A model generated the notes under the pieces. That model was not told where the DNA came from and did no database searches. It saw only the letters and a list, made by a program, of their open reading frames with translations. Shown here one piece after another: positions 36,199-44,575 of a DNA stretch of 56,658 bases (its first letter is position 1; every line of letters starts with the position of its first letter). This stretch comes from a virus. Position numbers and translations under genes: made by a program. Location: positions 1 through 56,658 of the IMG/VR virus record IMGVR_UViG_3300045988_084830; one strand, written 5' to 3'.

Positions 36199-36412
36199 TC
36201 TTTCTGGGCCGTCCTCTCTGTTTTCTGTGCTCTTGGATTTGAAGAGCCGAGTACCACTGGCTTGTGTCGATTTCAATGGTAGACCACCGGTAATCGCATT
36301 CTTTATTCAAGCAATGCTTTCTGCGGATGATACAATCATCCTCGTTCCTGGTGTCTACAGTCGTGACACTTTCTTGTCCGCATATCGGGCATTTCACTGA
36401 GCATCCCTCCAC
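36191..36412 (-). CDS. NrdR-like zinc-ribbon protein
   Basis: CPICG...VDTR...IRRKHCLNKECDYRW resembles the NrdR N-terminal ribbon. Confidence 0.45.
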   Translation of the reverse strand: MEGCSVKCPICGQESVTTVDTRNEDDCIIRRKHCLNKECDYRWSTIEIDTSQWYSALQIQEHRKQRGRPRKND

Positions 36413-36654
36413 TCGTTGGTGTGGTGGGCGATTCGCTTGATTTTGCGATTTTCGCGTTCAATACGCTCATTCTCCGCGCTAACGCCGATAATAGCGAGAA
36501 TCAAAGCGGTAAAAAGCATAGACACGGACAGCAACGTATATCCAAGCATCCCCCAGCCATTGGAAGCGCCATTGATGGCATTTCCGCATCCAAGTGCTGC
36601 AACGGCGATTGATATGCTTATAAAGCACAATACAGTGCCTTTAACAGTTTTCAT
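36394..36654 (-). CDS. Hypothetical membrane protein
   Basis: Two TM-like segments. Confidence 0.45.
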   Translation of the reverse strand: MKTVKGTVLCFISISIAVAALGCGNAINGASNGWGMLGYTLLSVSMLFTALILAIIGVSAENERIERENRKIKRIAHHTNEWRDAQ

Positions 36655-36886
36655 TTCTCTTCACCTCTTTTAAGACAATGTCAAATCCGTTTGGCTTGTT
36701 TTCGCTGATGACTATTTTTGCATTCAGGGCCTTTGCAATTTTTAGAAGCGTATCGACACGAACGGAACTTTTCTGCATCTTTCGCTTGCCCAAGATGCTG
36801 TAAATCGTCGGCCTTGATACACCCGATCTACGGCTAAGGTCATTGATTTTGAAGTATCTGGCCTTCATTGCATCTTCCAGCGTCAT
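36641..36886 (-). CDS. XRE-family HTH protein
   Basis: INDLSRRSGVSRPTIYSIL is an HTH_3-like pattern. Confidence 0.6.
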   Translation of the reverse strand: MTLEDAMKARYFKINDLSRRSGVSRPTIYSILGKRKMQKSSVRVDTLLKIAKALNAKIVISENKPNGFDIVLKEVKRNENC

Positions 36887-37074
36887 ACTTTCTTACCTGT
36901 GCCGAAAATCCAACAGGTGGCCATCAGAGCGCAAACGCCGATGATGTACCACGTTGCCTTAGCTCCGATCAGAAGATCGATATGATGCACCAGCCAGAAG
37001 TTTAGTAGGAACGTTGCTAGAACCAATGCCAGGACAATGCCCCAGATCAGGGCGATTTCCACGAATGCTTTCAT
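36883..37074 (-). CDS. Hypothetical membrane protein
   Basis: ATG at 37074 (MKAFVEIALIWGIVLALVLATFLL...). Confidence 0.45.
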   Translation of the reverse strand: MKAFVEIALIWGIVLALVLATFLLNFWLVHHIDLLIGAKATWYIIGVCALMATCWIFGTGKKV

Positions 37075-37154
37075 TTTTCTCCTTTCGCTTGTTGATGTGT
37101 TCCAACCGTTCCTTCTCACGGTTGTGCCAGCGGATTTCACGCTGGCCGTAGTAT

Positions 37155-37625
37155 TTACCGTTCATCAGGAGCCTTCACCTTTCCCTGTGCAAGTAAAGTA
37201 CTGTAATGGCCGTAGCTCATGCCGTATCGCTTTGCGGCATCGTTCATCTGGCGCACAGTGTATTTGGGAGGCTCGTGCTTTTGAGGTCTCGCACGTTCTG
37301 GCTCCTGCACATCCCAAGTAATTTTGAATTCGCCAGATGCTTTTAGCGCATTCAGCTCTTTTTGCTTTTTGGCTTTGTATTTTTTGGTCAAAGCCTTGTT
37401 TGCGTCTGCTGCGCATTCAGGGTGATACTTCTGAGACCAGAACTTCCGAACCATCGGCTTCTTGCACCAAGCGCATAAAGCCGGTTCCGGTTCAGTCTTG
37501 ATTCCTTTCTTTATAAGGGCCTGCCGTTCTCTGCGAACAATGATTTTACACTCTTCACAGTATTTCTTGCACGGGTTTACAAGGCCAAGAAAGGCACCGC
37601 AGCGCTCACAGTACTTTTCTTCCAC
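37155..37625 (-). CDS. Zinc-finger protein
   Basis: CERCG...CEEC...CAWC pairs. 156 aa. Confidence 0.5.
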   Translation of the reverse strand: MEEKYCERCGAFLGLVNPCKKYCEECKIIVRRERQALIKKGIKTEPEPALCAWCKKPMVRKFWSQKYHPECAADANKALTKKYKAKKQKELNALKASGEFKITWDVQEPERARPQKHEPPKYTVRQMNDAAKRYGMSYGHYSTLLAQGKVKAPDER

Positions 37626-37788
37626 GCTGCATCTCCTCTTTCAGTCTTTCTTCTCTGTTGTGCCGCTCAAAGCACTGGTTGATGGATTTCTCCATCCACA
37701 GCACCTTGTTGGCATCGTTTCTGGACACGCCAGCTGCCATTGCCAGCTTTAGTCTGCGCTTGCGGCTTTGCGCTTTACGAAATTTCAT
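37606..37788 (-). CDS. Hypothetical basic protein
   Basis: The ATG at 37788 overlaps the upstream stop. Confidence 0.35.
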   Translation of the reverse strand: MKFRKAQSRKRRLKLAMAAGVSRNDANKVLWMEKSINQCFERHNREERLKEEMQRGRKVL

Positions 37789-38162
37789 CACCAGCACTCA
37801 CCAGCCTTATCTGTGATGAACTTCGGGACTTCCCGACCTGTGGCAATGCACAGCGCAACTAGCTTTTCGACCCAGATGTTAAACAGGCTTTCTTTTGGCA
37901 TATAGCACTGTCCAACACAAGGCTCCTTAAAACTTTTCCAGATCGTTAGGCCGACAGCGCCATCCGTGACCGTCCATATCATACTGTAACCTTCGTTGCA
38001 CAGGTTGTACAAAATGTCCCGTGCTTTGCTTTTGGCTTCGTTGATTTCAAAAGCATCCCAGCGCTTTTTGCTTTCCTCGTAGGCTTCCACCGCCTTGTTA
38101 ATGGCGTTGTGCGCTTCGTTCGGGTGTTCAAGGTCTACCTTTAAAGTAATAATCTGCTCCAT
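37788..38162 (-). CDS. Hypothetical protein
   Basis: 124-aa ORF. Confidence 0.5.
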   Translation of the reverse strand: MEQIITLKVDLEHPNEAHNAINKAVEAYEESKKRWDAFEINEAKSKARDILYNLCNEGYSMIWTVTDGAVGLTIWKSFKEPCVGQCYMPKESLFNIWVEKLVALCIATGREVPKFITDKAGECW

Positions 38163-38174
38163 GTTCAGCCCTCC

Positions 38175-38663
38175 TTATACCGCACCGTCAAACGCCTTAT
38201 CCATAGCGTCCATGACAGGCTTTAAGCGTTCCAGCGTGTTGTACTTCTGCTTGAAGCTCTGTGCATCCCGGAAAGCGTCTGCCATCATCTGACTGTGCAA
38301 ATCCGGGTGTTCCAGAACCTCTTTCATCGGCATATAAGACCGAACAGGCGGTTCATCCGGCGCAACCACCGTAACGTTGACGTAGGCTCTGACAGGCTCC
38401 TGCGTATCCTCGCTGGTGATGCGAATTGCTCCAATCATGTGCCGTGCCTGACCCTGACGGTACTTCTCGGCGGCAACTTCATCTCTCCACTCAAAGTCGT
38501 TATGCAGAACCGATTCCTTCGGTCTAGCATAATCGACAACTAGCTCCGGCGTAAGCTTTCCGCTGTTCTGCCGGATTTTTTCAAATGCACTAGCGGCTTC
38601 ATCGGCAGTTGCCTTGTAACAGTACTTGTCGTTCTTCCACTGATAACCAGTTTTAATGTTCAT
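38175..38663 (-). CDS. Hypothetical conserved phage protein
   Basis: 162 aa. The motif LTPELVVDYARPKESVLHNDFEWRDEVAAEKYRQGQAR recurs in phage proteins of unknown role. Confidence 0.5.
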   Translation of the reverse strand: MNIKTGYQWKNDKYCYKATADEAASAFEKIRQNSGKLTPELVVDYARPKESVLHNDFEWRDEVAAEKYRQGQARHMIGAIRITSEDTQEPVRAYVNVTVVAPDEPPVRSYMPMKEVLEHPDLHSQMMADAFRDAQSFKQKYNTLERLKPVMDAMDKAFDGAV

Positions 38664-38699
38664 TTTTGGCTCCTTTCTGAATTTTTGGCTCCATGCCAG

Positions 38700-39102
38700 C
38701 CGCTACATACCAAGCTGCACCCGAACGCATCTCGCCTGAACACACCTATCCAGCCCATCCACACCATTACTTGCCGTCCGCGACCAACCTCGCCAGCCTT
38801 GCCGCGTCTTAACGCTCCGCACATCAACTCAACATAACGCACCAAAACTTAACGCACCTCGCCTCGCCAGCCACTCCACACGGCGCCCTGTCTTGCCAAT
38901 CCGTGCCACATCCCGCCTTAACAGCCTAACCTCGCCGGAACCTAACATAGACCGCCTAGCCTAACCAGCCTTAACGAACCTAACACTAACGTTCCTAAAC
39001 AAGCCGAACCCCGACTGCCAATCCATAACCGACACAAACATACCTCGCCGAAATCCGGCCTAACATTCCGCGCCTTAGCTCACCTCACCAGCCAAAAGAG
39101 CG
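38700..39102. repeat. ORF-free, G-poor (top strand) motif array: at least 10 C(C/T)TAAC and 5-6 (A)CCTCGCC copies, one orientation
   Basis: C(C/T)TAAC copies start at 38809, 38849, 38918, 38926, 38942, 38961, 38971, 38980 and 39060, with near-copies nearby. CTCGCC copies lie near 38731, 38788, 38858, 38931 and 39044. Confidence 0.7.
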
Positions 39103-39828
39103 TTATTCGCTCAGTTCAACATGGAATGCGCCCCAGCTCCCGCCCTTTTCGATGCGCCACTCGCCAAGACCGCACTGGTCACCACCAGCGTTCAGCATAT
39201 TCACGATGTCTGACAGGCTAAAGTTGCCGTTCTCGTTGAAGGAGATGGTAACGTCCATGTACCAGTTGGCGAACTCAGGACGATAGCGCAGGTCTGCGGT
39301 TCCCATGCCGATACGAACAGAATCCTCACGGCCTACAAACTTCGGCTCACCTTCCGGCTTGAAGGACTTGATTTCGATGAACTCAGAACCATTGTCCCCG
39401 AAAATCATAAATGCGCCACGAGCGGAAACCTTATCCTTCGTCCAGCCCAGACGGAATGCAGCGGAAACGGCAGCGGCCTTAACAGCGCAAGCAGGGAAAC
39501 CGAACTGCTCAGATGCTGCATACTCGTCCAGCAGTTCTTCCGTCCAGTCGGCGTAGGCAACGTCCGGCTTGCCGTTCATCCAGTATAGTGCTTCGGCGAT
39601 TTCGCCGTAGACGTTCTTAGCCTGCTTCTTATCCTTCTTGAGCTTCGTACCCTGCTGAGATGCAAGCAGCTCTTTCTTTGCTTTCTCGCTCCATGCGTGT
39701 ACAATCAGCGGAGAATCGCCGATAATGCGGATTTTTGCGATTTTCTTAACAATGGGCTTGATGCAGACAACGGTAGCTTCTTTCTTGGTCATTTTGGTTC
39801 TCTCTTTCTTTTTTGCTTGTTTGCTCAA
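39103..39828 (-). CDS. Hypothetical protein (basic N-terminus; Gly-rich C-terminal loop)
   Basis: 241 aa, the second gene of the early operon. I did not recognise a family. Confidence 0.5.
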   Translation of the reverse strand: MSKQAKKKERTKMTKKEATVVCIKPIVKKIAKIRIIGDSPLIVHAWSEKAKKELLASQQGTKLKKDKKQAKNVYGEIAEALYWMNGKPDVAYADWTEELLDEYAASEQFGFPACAVKAAAVSAAFRLGWTKDKVSARGAFMIFGDNGSEFIEIKSFKPEGEPKFVGREDSVRIGMGTADLRYRPEFANWYMDVTISFNENGNFSLSDIVNMLNAGGDQCGLGEWRIEKGGSWGAFHVELSE

Positions 39829-39840
39829 ATGCGTTTGCAG

Positions 39841-40074
39841 TCACATCTGAGGTTCGTTTTCTGTATTCTGCTCGATTTCAAGAATCTTGCAGATGCTCTG
39901 GATAATCTTCTCCGGCTTTCGCTCGCCACGAAGAATCTTGTAGAGGTACGAATCGTCAAGGAACAATCCAGTATCGCTTTGAACCGCCTGAATCAGCTCC
40001 GTTTGCTTCATACCTCGCTGCAACAGCTTCATCTTCACTTCCAGCTCAAAGCCAGAACGGAAGTTTTCTTTCAA
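39841..40074 (-). CDS. Cro-like HTH regulator
   Basis: 77 aa with GMKQTELIQAV. TTG start follows GGAGGTGGA. It is the first gene behind the leftward switch promoter. Confidence 0.6.
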   Translation of the reverse strand: MKENFRSGFELEVKMKLLQRGMKQTELIQAVQSDTGLFLDDSYLYKILRGERKPEKIIQSICKILEIEQNTENEPQM

Positions 40075-40101
40075 AATTCCACCTCCATTTGCTAAAATCT
40101 A

Positions 40102-40233
40102 TTGACAAGTACGGAAAACTGTACTAATATAAGGGTGTAGAGAGTTTATATTGTACAGTGTTCTGTACTGTCCATGTCTGTATTATAGTACAGGCTTCTG
40201 TACAAGTCAACTCTTTTGTACAAAATTCTGTGC
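40102..40233. promoter_or_regulatory. Genetic switch: face-to-face promoters plus four GTACAG-N4-CTGTAC operators
   Basis: Plus-strand promoter: TTGACA 40102..07, 17-nt spacer, TAATAT 40125..30. Minus-strand promoter: TTGACT 40210..05, 17-nt spacer, TATAAT 40187..82. Operators lie at 40109..24, 40153..68, 40188..203 and 40218..33. O1 and O3 fill the two spacers. Confidence 0.6.
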
Positions 40234-40267
40234 ATTTGTATACTTGCACAAATATGGGAGCATTCTT

Positions 40268-40597
40268 ATGTCGGACTTGTACAGCAACATCCATGCACTT
40301 TGCGAAAAAGATGGCATCAAAGACGGAACCCTTTGCAGTAACATTGGGATTCGCCGCAGTTTTCTTTCCGAATTGAAAGCTGGAAGAACCAAGAGCCTGT
40401 CCACAGAGGTTCTTTCTAAGATTGCAGCTTATTTCAACGTGTCGGTTGACTATCTTCTTACTGGCGACCAAAAAGAAAACCCGCCCCAGCAGCCGCAAAG
40501 TGAAGTCGATGCAGCAGTGGAGCGGATTAGAAAAAAACTTGAATCTATGCCGAAAGAGCAACGTGAAGCTCTGATGAACCTGATCGAGAAGATGTGA
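40268..40597 (+). CDS. XRE-family repressor (CI-like, no protease domain)
   Basis: ATG at 40268. LCSNIGIRRSFLSELKAGR is an HTH_3 pattern. 109 aa. Confidence 0.7.
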   Translation: MSDLYSNIHALCEKDGIKDGTLCSNIGIRRSFLSELKAGRTKSLSTEVLSKIAAYFNVSVDYLLTGDQKENPPQQPQSEVDAAVERIRKKLESMPKEQREALMNLIEKM

Positions 40598-40667
40598 CGT
40601 TCATGCCCGGTAAAATAAAAGAATCCCTTGTGCCGGGCTGGTGTAGCTCTGCGCAAGGGATTTTCTA

Positions 40668-40769
40668 TTATTCCAAATCTAGGGCTTGCTCCGCTACCGG
40701 AATCTTTTCAGGATGTTCCAGCAGCCATGCAATAAATCGGTCAATCTTAGCTCTTTCCTGTTCACTCAT
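40668..40769 (-). CDS. Hypothetical 33-aa peptide
   Basis: Manual ORF MSEQERAKIDRFIAWLLEHPEK... preceded by an SD (GGGAGGA). Confidence 0.3.
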   Translation of the reverse strand: MSEQERAKIDRFIAWLLEHPEKIPVAEQALDLE

Positions 40770-40955
40770 TGTGGCATATCCTCCCGATTGGTAAGTGCAG
40801 ATGTTCATTTGATACGATTATACATCTTTTAGTTGTCAAGTCAATGTATTTTTAACAACTTCGTAAAAATCGAACGTTTTCTTCACATCCATTACTTCAC
40901 ATCAGGGAAGCCAAAAATTGCAATGACAATGATTAAGAGCCACATTAAGTTTAAG

Positions 40956-41201
40956 TTACCCTTTGCTTTGTAACATTCCGTTGAGCATGGAACGAAAGGG
41001 GTTTTCAGGCAACTTGTCCAGCACATCTGCTTTGACGAGAGCGTTTGTGCTGATGCTGTGCGAAACATTGTTTAGCTGCACAATGGCATCGTCCAAGTCT
41101 TTTACGGTTGCTCCACGCCGTTCCATTGACTGGAGGAAGGTTTTCACTTCTTCAAGAACGACAGGGTTCTCGGCTTTATAGAATCCATTCGTAAAGTCCA
41201 T
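40956..41201 (-). CDS. Hypothetical small acidic protein
   Basis: 81-aa ORF preceded by an SD (aaggaga). Confidence 0.5.
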   Translation of the reverse strand: MDFTNGFYKAENPVVLEEVKTFLQSMERRGATVKDLDDAIVQLNNVSHSISTNALVKADVLDKLPENPFRSMLNGMLQSKG

Positions 41202-41213
41202 CTTCTTCTCCTT

Positions 41214-41420
41214 TCACAGTTCCACAAGCTGCCCGTCAATGCGTTCGATGCTGTCTGCCGGGTCGCGCCCATCGTCTAAGGCGGCTACGGCGCGTTCCAA
41301 GATGCCTTTTGCTTCGAGGTAAGCATCTTTATCAGCTTCGTACCCAGAAAGGCTCAGAACAAGTTCCAGCGTCCGTCTGCGAGCGTATGGGATAATCAGA
41401 GCATCTACGGTTCGGTTCAT
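41214..41420 (-). CDS. Hypothetical small protein
   Basis: The ATG at 41420 overlaps the stop of the upstream 36-aa ORF. Confidence 0.45.
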   Translation of the reverse strand: MNRTVDALIIPYARRRTLELVLSLSGYEADKDAYLEAKGILERAVAALDDGRDPADSIERIDGQLVEL

Positions 41421-41530
41421 TAGCTTTCCTCCCACGGTTCAGGTGTGCGCGGCTTCCCATCGGGAACACTGGCAGGCATTCCGTCGATGGTCGGCATACG
41501 TTCATGGTTCCAGATTACAGTTTCTTTCAT
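41420..41530 (-). CDS. Hypothetical 36-aa peptide
   Basis: Manual ORF MKETVIWNHERMPTIDGMPASV... preceded by an SD (agaggag). Confidence 0.3.
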   Translation of the reverse strand: MKETVIWNHERMPTIDGMPASVPDGKPRTPEPWEES

Positions 41531-41691
41531 TTTTGTTCCACTCCTCTTTGGAATTTTTTGACAATACAGTTATATCACATCTCGCTGTTTCAATGAAATA
41601 GCGACTTTTTTCAATTATTGTTTCACATTTTGAACAATATATCAGTTAAATTACTTTGCTTTTGTATCATTTTGTCGAAAGAGGGGTATTT

Positions 41692-42285
41692 ATGGATGAT
41701 TATAGGATACGAGTGGCAAAAGCGTTAGAGATAGCAAGAGCAAAATCCGGGCTTAGCCAACAGAAGCTTGCGGACAAAATGGGTGTAGGCCGGACATCCA
41801 TTTTTCGTTACGAGCAAGGGACAATGACCCCAGATGCTCCTACCATCATAAAGTGGTTTGTGTGCTGCGGTGTTGCGGCCAAGCCGTACATAGACACCTG
41901 TTTGCATCCTGGCTTATTGGAAAGTCTTGCTGGCGATGCCAGCACCGAAAGAAAGAGGGATGCGCTGATAGAACATATCAAAGACGCCCATCCACAGGAA
42001 ATCGACCTGCTTTGCTATCTGATCTATGGCAATCACGGTTCAGATTACCTTGCCGTTCTGTGCGAAATGGTAGCCAACCTTCACACGACTTTGCGTGATC
42101 GTGTGTCCGTCTGCCGCACCGTCACCGGCCATTATGAAATGGCACAGGCCACCAAAACCGACCCAGACCCAGACGGAACACAGCCTAATATGCAGATTTT
42201 ATATCAGGCACAGGACTGTGGGGAAGCTTCGGCCATGAAACGAAACGATTCTTATACCATCAACGAGGAAAACATTTTGCGCTGA
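41692..42285 (+). CDS. XRE-family regulator with a 130-aa C-terminal domain
   Basis: GLSQQKLADKMGVGRTSIFRYEQG is an HTH_3 pattern. ATG at 41692 follows GAGGGG. Confidence 0.7.
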   Translation: MDDYRIRVAKALEIARAKSGLSQQKLADKMGVGRTSIFRYEQGTMTPDAPTIIKWFVCCGVAAKPYIDTCLHPGLLESLAGDASTERKRDALIEHIKDAHPQEIDLLCYLIYGNHGSDYLAVLCEMVANLHTTLRDRVSVCRTVTGHYEMAQATKTDPDPDGTQPNMQILYQAQDCGEASAMKRNDSYTINEENILR

Positions 42286-42327
42286 TTGTCGAATTATCGA
42301 AGTTTTTACGGTATACAGGGGGACGTG

Positions 42328-42515
42328 CTCCACTTTTTGTACACAATAGACCTGTTATAAATATAGTTTTGGGTTGTCATTTTGTCCCCTATAGAGTCGT
42401 AAATGATGGATTTTTGCGGGTGTAATTAACGAGCTCTCGTAAAATTTTCGTTCATCAAAGAGCGACTTGTCAATTCGTCCCCTATTGGTGTGATTGCACT
42501 CCATTTTCTGTACAC
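42328..42515. repeat. Two inverted iteron copies (CTCCA(C/T)TTT(T/C)TGTACAC) upstream of oriV
   Basis: Copies at 42328..42344 and 42499..42515 are the reverse complement of the direct iterons. Confidence 0.6.
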
Positions 42516-42579
42516 GATAAAACCGTTAAGTAGGTTATAGGGCTTGATAGACGTTTCTTATTCAGCAAAAAAGTTGTCG

Positions 42580-42588
42580 TTTTCCACA
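42580..42588 (+). promoter_or_regulatory. DnaA box-like TTTTCCACA
   Basis: One mismatch to TTATCCACA. It is followed by AT-rich DNA holding a tandem TATCTCTTGTT repeat (around 42653..42676). Confidence 0.45.
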
Positions 42589-42693
42589 ATCTGCCCGTTG
42601 AAGAGAAGAAATTGTTGAAAATGTATCGTCGTCACTATTTGATGATGATTATTTATCTCTTGTTTATCTCTTGTTTATATATATAGTAAGAAC

Positions 42694-42796
42694 GTGTACA
42701 AAAAGTGGAGCATTGTGTACATAAAGTGGAGGAACGTGTACAAGAAGTGGATGGTATTGTGTACAAAAAGTGGAGTATCGTGTACAGAATGTGGAA
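42694..42796 (+). repeat. Five direct iterons GTGTACA(A/T)(A/G)AAGTGGAG at 21-23 bp spacing (plasmid-type oriV)
   Basis: Copies start at 42694, 42715, 42736, 42759 and 42780, with partial copies overlapping the rep promoter. Confidence 0.85.
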
Positions 42797-42830
42797 GTCG
42801 ATTGTTGAAAAATAATTGTGTACAGAATCA

Positions 42831-42859
42831 TTGACGTGTACACGATACAGTGGTATAAT
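42831..42859 (+). promoter_or_regulatory. rep promoter TTGACG-17-TATAAT (TG-extended) overlapping an iteron-like site
   Basis: Hexamers and spacer counted directly. GTGTACACGATACAGTGG lies within the spacer. Confidence 0.6.
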
Positions 42860-42884
42860 AGGGTAGAAGAAATGAGGTGATGCA

Positions 42885-43976
42885 ATGCCAGAATTGACAG
42901 GAAACAATCTTGTCGAAAAGAGCAAGGCATTGGTTTGGGCGAAGTTTACGGACTACACAGCAGGCGAGCTTCGGCTGCTTGAGGTCTATCTGAGCCGTAT
43001 CAATCCGAGAGACCCAGAAAGCTCTAACGTGTCGTTTACGCTGGCTGAATATTGCAAGCTGCTGGATTTGAAGCTCAATTCAAAGAACTTGAAGTCGCAG
43101 GTTAAGCACTTTTTGGGCAACGTGGTTTCAGTACCACTGAATGCAGATGGAACAGAATATGTGATGTATCCGCTGTTCACAAAGGCAGAGGTCAAGTACA
43201 ATCGAGAATCCTTGTCCTATGACGTTTCAATCAACTGTAATCCTGACTTGCGGCCTGTGTTTTTCGACATTGCAAGAAGCGGCTACGTCAAATACCGTCT
43301 GCGCTATACGATTGGGATGAAACAGCAAGCATCTATTCTGATGTACAGCATGATTCGAGATTGGATGAATCGCTCTCTAACATCGAACAAGATTGGTTTG
43401 AAGCAGCTGCGTGACCACTTGGGGGCAAACGATGTAAGTTATGACGACTTCCGGGCTTTACGCCGCAGAGTTCTTGAACCAGCAGTGGAAGAGATAAGCA
43501 ATGTTTCAGACATCGTCGTTGACTTTGAAAAGATTTGCACAGGGCGAAAGGTAGTAGCAGTTGAGTTTCGATTCGGGTGCAAATCCAAGCAGCCCGTCAT
43601 AGATGCCGATTCTAGCGAGGTTGATTGTGAGACGAATTCCAAGCAGGAAATCAAAAAAGCCGCAAGAAAGCCCCGCGCAAGCGGATACGAAGGGTACGAC
43701 TGGTCTGTGTGCGATGCTCTATCCGTTCAAGAGTGCATCGAGGTTGCAAAGGTTGTCGAGGTAAAGATGATGGAAGAACACCCATCTATCAAGCTGCCGA
43801 AGCGGAGAGATGCGGTCTATGACATCGTAAAGGCCGCGTGTGCAGATATTCTTTCAATCAGCCGTGACCCTTGGCCTGATTACCCGAAGCGGTATCTGAT
43901 TGGCAGCTTGAAGAAAGACGGTGCGATTGAAGAGTATCTTCCGGCTTTCTATGAGATTGATGCATTGCAAAAGTAG
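42885..43976 (+). CDS. rep: Rep_3-family plasmid replication initiator
   Basis: The N-terminus NNLVEKSKALVWAKFTDYTAGELRLLEVYLSRI matches the Rep_3 signature. Iterons lie immediately upstream. Confidence 0.8.
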   Translation: MPELTGNNLVEKSKALVWAKFTDYTAGELRLLEVYLSRINPRDPESSNVSFTLAEYCKLLDLKLNSKNLKSQVKHFLGNVVSVPLNADGTEYVMYPLFTKAEVKYNRESLSYDVSINCNPDLRPVFFDIARSGYVKYRLRYTIGMKQQASILMYSMIRDWMNRSLTSNKIGLKQLRDHLGANDVSYDDFRALRRRVLEPAVEEISNVSDIVVDFEKICTGRKVVAVEFRFGCKSKQPVIDADSSEVDCETNSKQEIKKAARKPRASGYEGYDWSVCDALSVQECIEVAKVVEVKMMEEHPSIKLPKRRDAVYDIVKAACADILSISRDPWPDYPKRYLIGSLKKDGAIEEYLPAFYEIDALQK

Positions 43977-43977
43977 T

Positions 43978-44025
43978 CAGATACAGCACATTATGCAGAA
44001 TGAGCACAGTGGGCAGATAAAGCAG
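43978..44025 (+). repeat. Three 12-bp direct repeats CAGA(T/A)(A/T)NAGCA(C/G) at 18-bp spacing
   Basis: CAGATACAGCAC, CAGAATGAGCAC and CAGATAAAGCAG, upstream of the parA-containing operon. Confidence 0.5.
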
Positions 44026-44036
44026 AAAGGAGCGGT

Positions 44037-44306
44037 ATGAAGAAGCAGGAAATTGCGTGGTATTCCGTTAAAGATGATGGGATGCCAACACCAGAAATCA
44101 TTGAAAGAACGAAAGGTCTGTTCTTGTGTTCGGTAAAAACGGTCTATCTGAAAGATGAATCTATAACGGCAATAAACACGGTAGCGGCATTTATCAAGAA
44201 CGGAGAATTTTTGAATACATCTTTTGAAAAGTTAAGTCATTCTTCAAGCAATAGTTTTATTGCAAGAGTGGTTGCATGGGCAGAGCTTCCGATGTACGAA
44301 GAATAA
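44037..44306 (+). CDS. Hypothetical protein (DUF551-like end)
   Basis: 89-aa ORF preceded by an SD (aaaggag). Confidence 0.5.
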   Translation: MKKQEIAWYSVKDDGMPTPEIIERTKGLFLCSVKTVYLKDESITAINTVAAFIKNGEFLNTSFEKLSHSSSNSFIARVVAWAELPMYEE

Positions 44307-44321
44307 AGAAAGGATGATAAA

Positions 44322-44573
44322 ATGGAAAAAGTTCAAAGTTCCGTTTTATACAGAGAAGTGGCGAAATTGCGAAACGGCTTTGATTGTAACAGAGTTGAGT
44401 TTTTCACCGTTGGGGACGGAATTGATACTCCAATTCATGTAATGGTCGGTTCTCGTGGACACGGCACTGTAGAACCAGACGAAGCAATTGAGGAAGGAAA
44501 GGCGCTAATTGAAGCTGGTAAGGCAGCAAAAAAATTTAAGTACAACGGTTATTTTGTGATTTGGGGAGAATAA
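44322..44573 (+). CDS. Hypothetical protein
   Basis: 83-aa ORF. Confidence 0.5.
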   Translation: MEKVQSSVLYREVAKLRNGFDCNRVEFFTVGDGIDTPIHVMVGSRGHGTVEPDEAIEEGKALIEAGKAAKKFKYNGYFVIWGE

Positions 44574-44575
44574 AA

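Noticed and set aside
38660-38845. 61-aa minus-strand ORF inside the motif array.
   Set aside because: It has a low-complexity Gly/Arg/Trp/Val composition dictated by the G/T-rich strand and no SD, so it is probably not coding.
38809-39065. The CCTAAC motifs resemble a permutation of telomeric CCCTAA repeats, raising the idea of a linear-plasmid telomere.
   Set aside because: The copies are not tandem and no protelomerase gene is present. The genome also closes as a circle, so the resemblance is most likely coincidental.
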